This document shows, in pieces, positions 50,501 to 64,000 of a stretch of DNA of 64,000 nt. The DNA is from Felis catus. Taxonomy: Eukaryota. A program made the translations under genes and the position numbers. Position 1 is the stretch's first letter. The number at the start of each line of letters is the position of its first letter. The notes below the pieces were generated by a model. It was not told the DNA's origin. It worked only from the letters and a program-made list of their open reading frames with translations, and ran no database searches. Where the stretch lies: positions 3,782,001 through 3,846,000 of the forward strand of contig NC_058383.1 of the NCBI RefSeq assembly GCF_018350175.1, in the 5' to 3' direction.

Positions 50501-53500
50501 TCCCTCCAGCTCATCATTAAATCGTGGTGACACATAAAGTAAAACCCGCCGCTGTCCCCATCTCTGTGTCCGGTTCGGGGGCATCCGGTACGCTCACGCT
50601 GCTGTCACCAGCGGCCAGCCGCCGACCGCGTGCGTCTTCCCCAACCGCAGCTGTGTCCCCCCCGGGCGCTCCCCTTCCACTCTGTCTCTGGAGCGGCCTA
50701 TTCCCGCGCCCCCTTCCGCGTCTGTCATCTTCACTCGGCTGCCAGTCCAAGCACGTGCGCCCCTTACCGTACGTGTTCATGCACGCGTCCCCGCCGCCCT
50801 CCTGTCCTGCCGGCCTTTCCTCAGCCCCCTCTGTCCCCTGCCTGGAGCACCGTCCACCTTCTTCCGTGCAGGGCACGCATTGTTTGCGGTCTGCATTTCT
50901 TCAGGGTGTTGTTGTTGTTTACAATTGGGCACATATTTTATAGGACACGTTCCCCTCCGCCCCTCCCCCTGCCTGCCCCGTTAAGCTGGAAGGTCTGGGA
51001 CGGTGAGGACCATGCACGCAGGTGTTTCTGCTGTGGCTCACCAGGTCGTAAGGTTCATGTGGGCCTCTTTGCTGGTGAACGTGTGGTGGCAGAGGAGAAC
51101 CTGAGTAACCCCCCCCCCCCCCCGCCTCTGTTGACCCGGAGGTGATGTGGGGAGGCTCTCAGAACTTGGTCAGCCCCACTTTGGATAGTCGTTGCCAGGA
51201 TGGCTCCTACAGGCGTGCCCTGGTTCCCTCCTCCCTGTGCATGCGTGGCTTAGCGTCTCTGTGCTCTCCGGTTCCGGCACCTTCTATGTGCGCGGCCGTA
51301 CAGGGAGCTCTAGCGATGCGTGCAGCCCATGTTCGGGGATAATTAATCTTTCAAGTTTCTTGCCTTCTAGCCTTTAAGGGATTGAACTGGAATTCTGACG
51401 TGTGGGGATTTGCTGCGCTTACTCAAATTTACTTCTTCTCATCGTAATTTTGTCATTTTTAAAAAATTATAACTCCGTGTAGCCTTCATCTTTTATGGCT
51501 TTCAGAATGTTAATTTCATTTTGTTCACTGTCACCTACGAAGCCAGGGAGGTAAGATGTATTTTTAACAAGATAACTAAAAAAAAAAAAAATGGGCAAAA
51601 ATTTTCAAGTCGGTAACTTTTTAAAGGAGCAGATGATTGTCTCTTCAGAGAATTCATCTATCCAAAGTGATTTTTCTCCGGAGGAGTCCAGACTGCTGAT
51701 ATGGTAATAAACAGAAAGCTAAAAATCTTTAATACTAAAGTTTATTTGGGAGTTTGTTTTAGAAGCCTGCGTTCTGTCCAGAAAGCCAAAGAAAAGTGCC
51801 TTTTTTAGCTTTTATGTTCCGTACCTTTACTATTTCAGACGTTTTGGTGTTAAATATGCAATCCATGCTTATAGAAAACTTGGAAAATGTGGAAACGTGG
51901 AAAGAAGCCGTGAAGAGCTCTCCACAGAGACACCGGCTAAGGCCGATTTTCCTTGCTTCCTTTTTAAAGAGCCTTAGCAGGAGCTTTGCTGAAATTGCAG
52001 ATTTGCAATTTCACTGTCGCTGGGGATCCCAATCCCACCGGTCAGACCTTAAGACGCCTTTTTTATGTTAATGTCTGTTTAACCGAGGAGGTTAGGGCCG
52101 CTTTGCCCCCCCCCCCCCGCCCCCAAGCTAGGAGTCCGCCTCTGGCCTCTTCGCCTGTCCCTGTGGCCTGACGCTTGAGGGGGAGGTGGGGGGAGTCCGC
52201 CGGCCAGGCTGGCGGGGGCGGCCCCAGAGGAGGCCGTGTCGGGCGCCTCCTGGCTCCTGGTCCTGCTTCCTGTGCCTCCCTCTTATCAGGAAGGGGCCTC
52301 CCCACCGTCCTCGTCGGACTGGACCAGATAACGCTTGCGGTAACCCAACGCAAAATGTGATTGCTAGTTTTTTCTGGAAAGTTTTCAGAGTCGGGGGTGG
52401 TGCAGAAGAGGGCCTGGAGCTCCGGGCTGCAGACTTCTCACGAGAGAGCTGTGTTTGGGGGGCGAGCGAGGGGCTGTGTCCTCCGCAGCGAGAGCCGGCC
52501 CGGCCGAGTCCCCCTGGAGCCCAGGGCAGGAGGGGCTGCTGGCTCTCCAGGGTCTGCAGAGACTTGCCGTTTTTCCCCAGCACTTTGGATTTGCAGGGCC
52601 GGCAGATCATTTTATGGAAAACGAACGGATAAGGCGGCTCACGAAAAGCTCTGCCCTGGAAACGGCTCAGCTGCTTTACACCCTGACTGAACTCCATTGC
52701 GGTTTCTTTGTAAAAGTGCAGACTCAAGCCTGTGCATCTGCTGCCTTCGCGGGAGAGAGAAGAGGCTCCAGCAGCCCAGGCAGGGCCCGACCAGCGGCCG
52801 GCCGGCAGGGAAAGAACGATGCCTTTCCCTCCTCCCGTTTCCTGTGATGCTACGTGTGTCCATTCATGTGTCGGGCGCCCGGGCAGGAGGGTGGGGGCAG
52901 GTGCCGCACAGACTCTCAAGGAAAGAAACGTCTGGAAGTTAGGACCCGGAGGCAAGCCGTGCTGGGCGGGGAAAGAGGGTCTGCTCAGTTTTTATTTCAG
53001 AGAACACTGCGGATGAGTAGACCAGACCGTGGGGATAAATGGACGTGACCTCGGGTGTGATTTACATAACAATGAAGCCAGTTCAGTAGACCCTGGGCTG
53101 AAACCGGGCCTCTCTCGGCGGGGTGATTCCTTATTCCACGGTGCTAATCTGCTTTATGACCCACTTCCCCAGGCGCATCTCTTCTCTTCACAGCACTAAA
53201 CGTGTTCAGAGACACGGGGTCTGCCCTAGCGGGCGGGTGGCGGCAAGAGCGGCCCACGGGATGACCTCCGCGCCCCGCCTGCGCCCCGCCAGCACCCCTC
53301 CGTCTGGGAAGGGCCCGTCGTCACTCGTCTTTCCCATCCATACGTCCCCTGGTGCCACACGGTCCTTCTGACTCACGAGTGTGGAAGCTTATTTTGTTAG
53401 CGATCCTCGGATTTTCACACGCTCTCCCGGTTCTGAGTAAACACAGGGGCGAAGAACGGGCTGCCCTGCACAGGCCCCTGGGTCAGGACCGGTTTGCAAG

Positions 53501-55249
53501 GACAAGGCCGGCTTTTCCGGGCGGTAGGAATGTGCCCTTTGAAGGGCCTGTCAAGGGCCGCCCCGAGCAGAATAAAGGAATAAAGGCCTTTTCAGGTTCT
53601 GTTTGGTGAGGATACCACTCCCCCGTTTTGTTTGGGGCTCTATGCAGGACGGCCGGTGTGGAGGTCTCTAAAACGAGGCTGGTTGCTTTGTAAGCATCAT
53701 CTGGTTGCTGGAGAGGATCCCAGCCTCCTTTCGGAAAACGGATGTGCTTCCTGACTCTTTGATCAGGCTGCTGGGTCATCAGCGGCTGCTGCCTTGGGTA
53801 AATCGGAATTGGATCTGGGCTGCGGAGGTGGGGGGAGGTCGGGGGAACGTTGGGGGTTGGGGGGGGCGGGGGAGACCATTCCCTTAGGAAAGGTTGGAAA
53901 TGTTGAAATCTAACTCGACCTTATATTACCCAACGTGATTTTCTCGGTTTAGTAGGGGATTTGACGTGGCAGAGCGAGGACGAGGGGCCTGGGGTGCAAC
54001 AAACCTGTGTGATAAAAGTATAGCGATTTGCCCCAAATGATGGAAGCTTCAACTTCTTTTGTGTGCCCTGGGAAGGACTTTGCTCTGAATGTTTCTGCAG
54101 CGAAGCCACAGTGTCGCGAACAGTGGGGTGTGGTCTGGCCTCGGCTGCCCCGTGGGCTCGAGGGCTGGTGGGCAGGGGTGGCATCGGAGGCCGCCTCCTG
54201 AGGAGGCTCGTGGGAAACGTCTCTTGTGAATGTGGCCAGTCGAGCACCGGGTGGCTGTGAACCCAGCAGCCCCATCCCCACGTCCCCTGGTGTCTTCTCC
54301 GTGCTGTTCACGGCCTCGAGTGCCATTTCCACCCGTATCCCGGACATCCCCCCCCTTCTGGCCATGCACACCTTGCCTCCCCGTGTTGTGTACCAGGGTG
54401 GGGTGCAGCCCTTCACCGTGGCTCCTGTCTTTGTCGCTCTAATGCAGCACCTGTCACACGGCTGTTTATCTGCCCCCCTGACTAGGTCACAGGCCCTGCC
54501 TCCCAGGAGAAACCGTCATTTATGTTTCTTCTTGGGGCCTGCACAGAGCCGGGTGCTTAACAAACACCTAACGAGTGTTTGTGGGTGAATCACAGCCTGA
54601 AGGGGTGTGCCACGGCCTGGGCCATCTCTGGGCGGGCCGTGGTGACTCCCAAGGGGACCTGGTGAGTGCGGCCCTTTCTGCCAACATGGGGCTTTACCCT
54701 GGAACTCGGGCTGTCATCCGGGAACACAGACCGTGTCTTCCCCACACGTGGGCACGGTTGGTAGTTTCGTGGCAGGCGTGTGTGGTCGGCCGGCAGGGAA
54801 AGGTGAAGCTTCATTCACGTAATAAAAAGTCCAAACTGCGTATCGTGCCGTCGGCTTGAACTTCTGAGGCGTGAGCTTCCACACGTAGTGACGGCTCCCG
54901 GCTTGAGTGGCCTGGTGCGGCCCTCGCGCCCCGTCACGGCTCGCTGACAGCTTGCGGCCCCTGGTCTGCATGGTGGCGGGACTGGCGGGACCGTGTCCCC
55001 GCAGCGGGGGGCTTGCGTGGGCTCCTGCAGGGAGGTGCGCGGACCGGTGCCCGGTGCCCCCCATGTCACGCTGAAGCTGGAGGAGAGAGAGACCAGCAGG
55101 CGAGAGAAAGCGGCCGTGTGAGATCGAGTTGCCAGGCGCTCGGCTGACTCAGCGGCAGTTCTGGTGGTTTTCGCTGTTGACATTTTTAACAAAACTCGGT
55201 TTCTCCATTTCTGCATCTGAGGAGCTGGAAAGCCAGGGTTTAACTAGAA

Positions 55250-55335
55250 GCTCTCGGTTGCTGCCTTGGTGACTGGATGGCTTTGGACAAGTGACTTATC
55301 CCCCCTAGGCCTCAGTTTCCTCATCTGTAAACCAG
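55250..55335 (+). mobile_element. MIR core fragment
   Basis: tttggacaagtgacttatc...gcctcagtttcctcatctgtaaa. Confidence 0.75.
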
Positions 55336-58190
55336 TGCAGATGCCACCTTCCTTCCCGGGACGGTGGAAGCCTTGGAAAGTCCTGGACGACTGAGTTTCC
55401 TACCTCAGGATCTTCACACTCGACCGGCTTCGTCGACAGAGACCCGTACACGTTGGCTTCAGGACCAGTGGTGTTGGTCCGTGTTTTAACTGACATCTGA
55501 ACTGGGGATTTGAACCAGGGGACTGTTTTAGACTTTAATTACCACATCACGTGGACTCCAGAGAAGCTGTGCCACCAGGTCTGACTCCCGCTAAGCAGGA
55601 CGTGTGTCCCGTGCTCCAGAGAGAGGGCCACATCCGGGGGCGGGCTGGCCGCCCGGCAGTGTAATACAGGCCTGTCCCCACACTCTGTGCAGGTTGAGAC
55701 TCTTTTAATGGAGACTGAGCTCAGATGGAACCCCGGGCTGCTCCGCGTGCAGCTAGGCGCTGCACGTCCTGGCTTGTCCTGCTTCGTGGTCGCCACGGTG
55801 TTGCTGCTGGTTCTCGTCACCGTGCTTGTCCTCCGTGCTCCTCCCCCTGCTCAGCGTGGTTCCTCCTCAGTACAGACGTGGCCTCCGTCAGTGTGGCCTC
55901 TGGCGCACTTGTGAGACTCCGTCCCGGCCGCTAGGTGCTCAGGGAAACCAGACCATGAGTCACAGCCTCGAGAGGGGCTCCGAGCCGGGACGGGCACGGA
56001 GAACCTGGCGTGCGGCGAAGCTGGTACTCGGTCCCGCCTCTCCTGATCCCTGATCGGCACCTGCTTTTGCTCCTGAAACAGACGCTTCCGCAAGGCCCCG
56101 GCCCGGGGCAGGGTTCATTCTGGTTCGGCTTCAGAAGCATTGCGCTGATGTTTGTCCCGCCGGGGCCACCAGAAACGCAAGGACGGGAAGCTCCTGCGCC
56201 GGGAAGGTTTCCTCCGTAGGGCAGCCCCGGCAAAGCAGGCGCACCAGCCAAGCGCTCATGCGCTCGTGCGTGATGTGTCAGTCAGAGGGGCTGGGGCAGA
56301 GTAGCGGGCACACCCGATGACCGGTGCACGGCGGCGACCGAAACAGAGGAAGTAGCAGCAGCCAGCCCCTCCCGGAGGCGGTGAGGACAGCCTCTCCCCG
56401 GGGGCCACAGAGGCCGCTCACCCAGCCCGCGGGAGGGGTCGCGGCAGGGAGCAGGCGTACCCCTGTCTGCACAGGGTTGGCCCAGGAGTGCTGGGCCGGG
56501 GGCGCACGTGACCACACGGGCTGCCGGAAGTGTCGCTTAGCTGCGGCCCCAATGGCAGAGGCGGTTTCGGCAAGCAGCCAGCGGTCCGTCCAGCGCGAGA
56601 GAGCCCATCTGGATGCGGAGTGCCGAAAGGTGTGGTGCTTTTAGTGGACCTCAGACACGTTGGCAAGTGGAGCGGCTGGGAAGGTGCTGAAAATTCTGTG
56701 GCCGCGGGTGCCTGTTGGAGGCTTTTCAAGGAGGCACGTGATGTTGGTTCGCAGCACGTTTAGGAACCCGAGTCGGCAGCGGCCGCGGGGGGATTGGGGT
56801 GAGGTGGCCACAGGCCTGCAGCAGAGCAGACATGACGCCCGTGGCGGGCACGCTGGCCGACCGACAGCTCTCGGCTTAATCTCGTGCGGCGGGTGAGTGC
56901 CCCCACGCTTTACGAAGGAGGGGCCCGGTTTCGAGACGTGGAGTCCCTCCCCGGGGGCACACAGCCCGCCGGGCCAGGTCCCGTGCACGGCCACAGGAAG
57001 GGAGCGTTCAGATGTGCAGATGACCTCGGAGGGCCGCAGCCTCCGGGAGAAGCACGCCGGGGATGCCAAGACACGAGGCGGCCTTGAGCGAGGTCAAGTT
57101 GGGTTTGAGAGGAACCGAGCCTGGGAGCGGGGCAGGGCCTCCAGGCAGCGGGCGACCGACCCCCAGGCCGGGAAAGGAGGTGCGCGTTTGGAGGGAGGCA
57201 GGAGGGCGAGACACGCTGGGCGGTGTGCGCGCCGTGCGCGGAGGGAGGGTGGCGGGTGATCGGGGTGCCTCAGGAGTCCTTTCCTACCAGGTCCCAAACT
57301 AGGCTTGATGTTTAAGGTGGATCGTACGCGCCTGTTATTAGTTCCTGGGTCCGTTTGCCCTTTCGCGCAGACCGACGCGGAGAGTGCCGATGAGGTGCGA
57401 GCGCGGCATCTGAAGTGCGACGCAGCGAGAGCGCCCACCGGGGACCCGCCGCTGTGCCGTCGGGTCCGTCCGCAGACCTGCGGAGACGGGCTCTCCAGAC
57501 AGGAGCCAGCCGAGCGCCGTAAACCGCCGTCGGCCCTGCGGGTGGTGTGGAGTGCGTGGTCCCCCCCTGAGGACAGCCCGCTCCTCTGACGAGCGGAGGC
57601 TACTGTTTCCGAATCTTCCCCGGCGCCTTTCACCTGACAGAATGATCTCTGCAGACGGGGGAGGCGGAATGCTGTTGACGGGCATCGCGGAGGAGGAGGA
57701 ATTCGCATTTCTAACGAGCCACTGAGCACCCTGGCGCCTCAGACTTCCTCGGAAGGAGTGCTAAGAGTTGACAAAATCAAGCCACTGCTCTCTGAATTCT
57801 GGATTTATTCTTGTAACCTTGAAAATGGCCCTGTCTGTCTGCAGTTTAAACGTCCCGGCCATCTGGCTTCCTCTGTACACACGGCTCGGGCTCTCCGTCT
57901 TCTTCCTTGCTAATCTGCTACTCCGATAGGTGACATTTAGTTCTGTTTATACTTGTGAGTGCATTCGGAGCCATTTATGATTAAACACTGCTCAAACAGC
58001 CAGGGTGAGATTTATTGACACAGAGCAGGGTTGATGTGGATGGAGTGCTCGGGGAGGGGGAAGGAGAGTCATTTCTCTGTTCTGTGTATTTCCAGTTGAC
58101 AAGACATGGCGTTTATTTTTACACGGTGCTCATAGCTCTGTGACTTCTGTAGAACTCCAAACGAGATTTCATTTTAAAATTATGGTAAGA

Positions 58191-58569
58191 GGGGCGCCTG
58201 GGTGGCTCAGTCGGTTGAGCGGCTGACTCTTGATTTCAGCTCTGGTCATCATCTCAAAGTTCGTGGTTTGAGCCATGTGCTGCTGGGCTCTGCACGGACA
58301 GTGAAGAGCCTGCCTGGGATTCTCTCTCTTTTCCTCTCTCTCTCTGCCCCTCCCCACCCTCTCTGTCTCAAAATAAACTTTAAAAAACATAAAAATGGGG
58401 CGGGGGGGGGCGCCTGGGTGGCTCAGTCAGTTAAGCGTCTGAATTCGGCTCAGGTCATGATCTCAGAGTTCATGAGTTCGAGCCCTACGTCAGGCTCTGT
58501 GCTGACAGCTCAGAGCCTGGAGCTGCTTCAGGTTCTGTGTCTCCCTCTCTCTCTGCCTGCTTGTGCATG

Positions 58570-58612
<43 letters not shown>

Positions 58613-58645
58613 AGGAATAATAAATGAATAAACTTTAAAAGAATA
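58191..58645 (+). mobile_element. Tandem Can-SINE dimer
   Basis: Two head-to-tail SINEs; tatggtaa on the outer flanks. Confidence 0.92.
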
Positions 58646-59470
58646 AAATATGGTAAAAAAAAAAAAAAAAAGGATAATAGTCGGTACTTCTGAGGGGTGG
58701 GGCTCTCCCTGGTCCCCATCGGTTCGTGAACTGTACATCCAGGTTCACAATCAGATAACCTTGGTTTAGGTAATTTATCCAAGTGAATTTGTGACTTAAA
58801 AATAAAATTCTCTTCCTGTCCTATTAATTCTCTAGTTACTTACTTTTGTTAAATAGTCAGCAGAGAAAGTTATTAACTGTTCACAGCCCATCGTATGAGC
58901 TTCAAGTGGTGAAAAGCAACTGTTTTACATAATAATTTCGGGGTGATTGTGTGCCAGGCCCTGAGCTAGGCCCAGGGGGTGCAGGCTGTCTGGGCTCCTG
59001 CCTTGACCAAGCTCGGCCGTGGGAAGACCACGGGGGAGAGAACCAGGCCATGTGGCCCATGTGGCCGCTTGTTCCGGGAGAGCCCGTGAGGGGGCGGCTT
59101 CCCAGACAGAAGATTCCAGTCTGATAGCCACCGTCCGTTTGATTTCTTGCTCATCTGCAAGAGGTTTCTGCAGTTGTCCAATTTTGAATACTGACAGGCG
59201 CTTGCTTTGTGGCTCCCGGGTCTCGTCACTTTCACACAGACAGGACGCGGACAGAGGAGACGCGTGGAGTTTGGTGCGGACCTTCCCCTGGCCTCCGCTG
59301 TCCGCCAGACACGGCCCGGGTGTCAAGATAAGATCCAGGTCTTACATTTGTGTCTAAAAGTAGGCTGCTTTTTTGCTTGCTTCGCTTTTGCAAAAAGGAA
59401 CATTTTACCAATGTTGATTTAAAGGTTTTCTGAAAGGTGATATGTTCCCGCAGTTCAAAACTCAAAGGCA

Positions 59471-59908
59471 GGGGCGCCTGGGGGCTCAGTCAGTCGAGCG
59501 TCTGGCTCTTCATGATCTCATGGTTTGTGAGTTTGAGCCCTGAATCAGGCTCTGTGCTCACAGTGCAGAGCCTGCTTGGGAGTCTCTGTCTCCCTCTCTC
59601 TCTCTCTGTGTCTCCCCTGTACGTGCTCTCTCCCTCTTTGTCTCTCTCTCAAAAATAAGTAAACTCTTAAAAACAAACAAACAGGGGCGCCAGTGTGGCT
59701 CAGTCTGTTGAGCATCCGACTTAGGCTCACATCACGATCTCAGGGTTTGTGGGTTCAAGCCCCATGTGTGGCTCTGCGCTGACAGCTCGGAGCCTGGAGC
59801 CTGCTTCAGATTCTGTGTCCCCCCTCGCTCTCTCTGCCCCTCCCCTGCTTGCTTGCTCTCTCTCTCTCAAAAATAAGTAAACATTAAAAAAAATTTTTTT
59901 TAATAAAA
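59471..59908 (+). mobile_element. Tandem Can-SINE dimer
   Basis: Two head-to-tail SINEs; aaaactca on the outer flanks. Confidence 0.92.
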
Positions 59909-62900
59909 AACTCAGAGAGTACACAGTCCACAATCTTTTTCTCTTTCATCCTGGCTTCCCTCCCAGATAATCCGTTTCTGGTTCTTCGTGAGTAGGTGTC
60001 CCTTCCACCCTGACTTCCTTTTCTCCACGGAGCCATGATTAGCATAATGTTTTCATGCGCGCTTTCAGAAAGTCTGTGTGCACGTGGAATTGTGCGGGGC
60101 GCACAGCACTGTCCCGCGTCTTTCTTCCCGGCTGCGGGAACCAAATCACAACAACAAAAATCGGGTTCTGCCTAGGGGTGAAAAGGTCGCTCTTCGGGTC
60201 AACTGAGTTTCTCGACTTTGTCTATGTCTCTGTATGAGAATCCCCAAAGGGATCGTAGGTGGAATTGTGCCATAGCGTGTGGCCGTTTCATTTCGAGGCG
60301 CGATCCTAACGGTAGCTTCCATTTGATGGCAAAGCGCATGTCCGAGGGACGCTGCTGTTTCAGGGTCAGGGTTAGGCGTGGCGTGGGGCCCAGACGTGGA
60401 GGCACCGGCCGAGGCCCGGGCACAGTTCGCGGTGACGCAGTCCACGCACCCCACTCTGCCCCGCCGTCCTGCTTTCCCGCGGACCGGCTGGGACTCGGGC
60501 CCTCTGGCCGGTGGCAGAGGCTGAAATGCCTAACCTATGAGAAGCCTTCTGTTTATCAAGTCGGCTCTGGGCTCGGGCAGAGAGAGCCAAGTTTGGAATG
60601 AATGAATAGGATATTTTGAAACACTCTGGTGTTGTGAAACACGAAACTTCGCAAGTTCTTTTTTTCTCTCTGTAACCGACCGACAGGAGCTGGGTCTGGC
60701 CAGGCGGCTTCGGGGGGCCTGGTAGTAACCTGTGCGTCTTGGGACAGCTCGCGGCCCGGCCCCGCAGGGGTCTCCGACAGGAGGGCTCACGGAGGGGAAA
60801 ACAACAACGACAACAGCAGGCAAAAACAGCCCTTCCGAGGCTGTTCCCAGAAGGGGAGTTGCCGGACTTCACCCTGGTCCCCGCCCCCCGGAATCTGTCA
60901 GTAAAGGACCAGAAATAAGGGCCGGGAAATCGGGTGCCTCTCTTGAGAGTCTGCGGGCGGCCGTGTCCCCAGTGGAACGGGGCGCCGAGGCCGTCCACGT
61001 CGTAAGAAAGCACAGACGCGGGCCAGGCCGGTCCGCCCGGAGGGAAGGAGAAGGGGAGCCGCCCCTCCCCCCACGAGAGCCCACGTGTCCTCGGGGCACG
61101 GCCGCCGCCAGCCGGGCTCGGGTCGGGCACGCCACGCGGGCGGGCTTAGCCCGCCAGCAGCCCACGAGCGCCTCAGCACCCACTTTACAGACCCGGAGCT
61201 GGCTGACACAGGTGAGGACGCATAGCAACGAGGGCACGTTGTGGTCTCGTGAGTTATTTTAAGCTGATGGCTCGAGTCTTTTTTTTTTTTTTAATGGAAG
61301 TTGAAACCAGTTGTTGGTTTGTGTCCGGTTTTCCAGGTGACGCGGATCTCCGGGCAAGAGGGGGGCGTGCGCTGCGTGGGGCACGGGACCATCTTGCACC
61401 TGCACCTGCCCCCCACACCCGCCGGCGCCCCTTTGTCGCCCCGGCATCTGTGTGTTCGTCTGGGACCGGCAGAGCTGGAGCCGTGTCTCCGAGTCCCGCT
61501 CTAACGTGTTACTGCGCCTCCGTGGCTCTCGCTTTAGCGGGGCGACGCTCCCTTCGAGAGTGATCGGAGCCTGCGCAGGTCGTGGAGGGCGCGGCCCTCG
61601 AGCTGGTGCCGTGCTTGAGTTCTGGTCTCGGGCTTGCCGCTTCTGTCGTAAGAGCCGTGGAGCGAGAGGCATCTGCGCCTCCTCACCGCCTCTTCCTGCT
61701 GACGCGTGCGGACCGTCGTGCGTGGACGTGCCGCTGTACGTGCTTCACGTCCCTCTGCGTGGTGTTCCGGTCTCGCAGTGAAGGAGACTGAGGGTCCTGC
61801 CCCCGGGGAGACCCCGTCGGCAGCGGGGCGTGGCCTTCCACAGCGGGTCCCGGCTCCGCGGGCTCGCTTTGGCTTTTGAAGTAGGTTCACGGGAAATCGT
61901 GAGTGCTTTCGGGGGGTCCCCTGTGTACGTCACCCGGTTGCCCCCACCTGTTAGGTCGTATGTGGTCATGGGACAGAATCAGAGCCAGGAAGCGGATGTG
62001 TCACGGCGTGCGCGTGGCTGTGCCGCGTGGCCACACACGTAGATCTGTGGGACCGCCACCTCCACGAGACGCACGACTGTCCCAGCACCACACGGCCGTC
62101 CCTGGTGCCGCCCCTGCAGCCACACGTCCGCTCTCCGGCGCCGGCGTTTGTCATTTAGGGTTAGGCCGTTTTCCGACACCACATCACGCCTTCTGTGCAG
62201 CTGTCACGTGTCCCAGCAGCCCGTGGCCCCTGCCGCCGAGGGTCTGAGTCCCGCCGAGCGGCTCCCCCCTCTGCTTAACCCTCACCCGCTGAGGGACGTC
62301 TGCAGCGTGGGGGTCGCCAGTAAGGCTGTGGCGCGGGCTGGACTGGACGGGGGCCCGGGCTGTAACTGCGAACCGGTCGGCGTGTGTTTAGGTGAAGACA
62401 CGGCCACTTTCCGTTCATGCCACCAACAGTGCGGAAGACACCCCGCTGCTCGCCATCCCGCCGGCCTCTGGGGGGCGCCGGCTCGTATCGCAGCCGTTCC
62501 GCCGGGTGCACGGCGACGGCCGGGCGGGGTCCCTGCTTTGCAGTCGCTGACGGCATCGGCATCGGTGCTCGCCTCCTGTGGGCTCGTCTGCCGTCCGTGG
62601 TCCCCCTTCAACCAACGTGCCTCTTCGTGCTTCCTGTCCACCTTCTGACTGAGTGGTTTGCTTTTTACCGCTGAGCTTTGAGACTTGTGACGCTCGTAGG
62701 TGTGAGCCTCTGCCCCGCGTGCGGTGCTGGGGACCTTCTGCCGGCTCCAGCAGACGCACGCCGATGGTTTCGGTGATGAAATCCGGTTTGTTGATTTTTT
62801 TTTTTTTCTTTTCCGGACCGTGCTTTTGGTGTTGTGTCTAAGAAGTCCAAGCTCTAGCTCCCAAAACTTTTTTGAATTTTGACTTTCTCCCCCCGTAGAG

Positions 62901-63107
62901 AATGTGTTGTTTCCCAGTGACTGTTTTCAAGACAGATCAGTGTTTAAAAGGTCGGCATGGATTTCTTTGGGTTTATCCCGCTTAGGATTCATTCGCGTTC
63001 TTGAATATGTAGGTTTACCTCTTTTGGGGGGAAATGTCAGCCATTTGTTGACTATTCCCCAATGTTCTCTTCTTCTGGGGCCTTGCACGACGTGGGTGTT
63101 CGATCTT

Positions 63108-63335
63108 TTTTTTTCTTTTTTTAAATTTTTTTAACGTTAATTTATTATTGAGAGACAGAGAGAGACACCGTGAGCAGGGGAGGGGCAGAGAGAGAGAGGG
63201 AGACACAGAATCCGAAGCGCCTCCAGGCTCCGAGCCGTCAGCACAGAGCCCGACGCGGGCCTTGAACCACAAACCATGAGATCGTGACCTGAGCCAACGT
63301 TGGACGCTCAACCGACTGAGCCCCCCGGGCGCCCC
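63108..63335 (-). mobile_element. Can-SINE within degraded antisense L1-like DNA
   Basis: TSD gttcgatctt at 63098-63107 and 63341-63350. Confidence 0.93.
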
Positions 63336-64000
63336 TGAACGTTCGATCTTACTCAAAGTGCCATGTGTCCCTGAGACTCCAGTCGCCGATTTTCTGCCCC
63401 TCTCCTCTTTGTTCTTCGGGGGTGATTGTCCTTCTAGCATCAGGTTGTCGATTCCTTTCTCTGCTCTTTTCATTCTGCGGGAAGCTCTCCACCAAGCCCT
63501 GACCTCAGCTACTGGTTTGCTTTTGTTCAGAAATCCCACCGGCTCTTCCACATCCGCCTTCTCTCCTGAGATTCTCTGGGTCTTTCTTTGTGTCAGCATG
63601 ACTATACGCGTCTGTAATTGCATGAAGTTCTCGCGGTGGCTGCTTTAAAATCCTCGTCACGGGATCCTGGCATGAGTGTCGTCCTGTGCTGGTGTCTGTT
63701 CTCATTTGCAATCTTCCCCATTCTTGGTATGACAGGTGGTCTTTACGGAAACAGGACGTTTGGCGTGTGATGTTCGAAGACTTCGGGGTCTCATCCTAAT
63801 CCTGTGTTTTATCAGGCCTCCGATACCACGCTGGTGGGCGCAGTGGGGATCGCCCCTGCATGGACACTGAGGGCGTGCCCTGTGCGCATGCGCCGCTCCC
63901 AGCCCGGGCCGGCCTGCCTCACGAGCTCTGCCCTGGCCTGTTGTCCCCAAGTCCTCAGGGGACGGTGTGTACCCCTGTCCATGGTGGGGATGGCTCGTGT

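Noticed and set aside
43633..63623. Many 150-275 aa intronic ORFs
   Set aside because: No domain similarity or consistent exon structure; explained by high GC content and repeats.
63883..63893. Isolated NRF1 consensus TGCGCATGCGC deep in intron 1
   Set aside because: A single motif in GC-rich, repeat-adjacent DNA at the window edge, with no supporting promoter context.

Overview
Mammalian genomic DNA, almost certainly from a felid, because it is dense with tRNA-derived Can-SINEs of the SINEC_Fc type. The only protein-coding sequence I can support is coding exon 1 of FOXK1 on the + strand (ATG 34091, donor after 34722), which encodes the N-terminal low-complexity region and the FHA domain inside a CpG island. 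About 29 kb of GC/CpG-rich intron 1 follows, and I did not find exon 2 in the window. The upstream 33 kb is mostly interspersed repeats (Can-SINEs, L1, L2, MIR, MaLR LTRs, hAT MER elements). It also holds an orphan CpG island at about 10.5-11.6 kb and a retroposed antisense U1 snRNA copy about 1 kb upstream of the ATG. The best candidate for undescribed biology is regulatory. The orphan island carries a perfect ChoRE (CACGTG-N5-CACGTG), a perfect DR1, a palindromic forkhead site and NRF1 sites, which suggests a nutrient-sensing distal promoter or enhancer for FOXK1. The antisense U1 retrocopy supplies both splice sites of a possible cassette exon. Repeat family names come from recalled consensus sequences and their boundaries are approximate. 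I found no prokaryotic-type system such as CRISPR.
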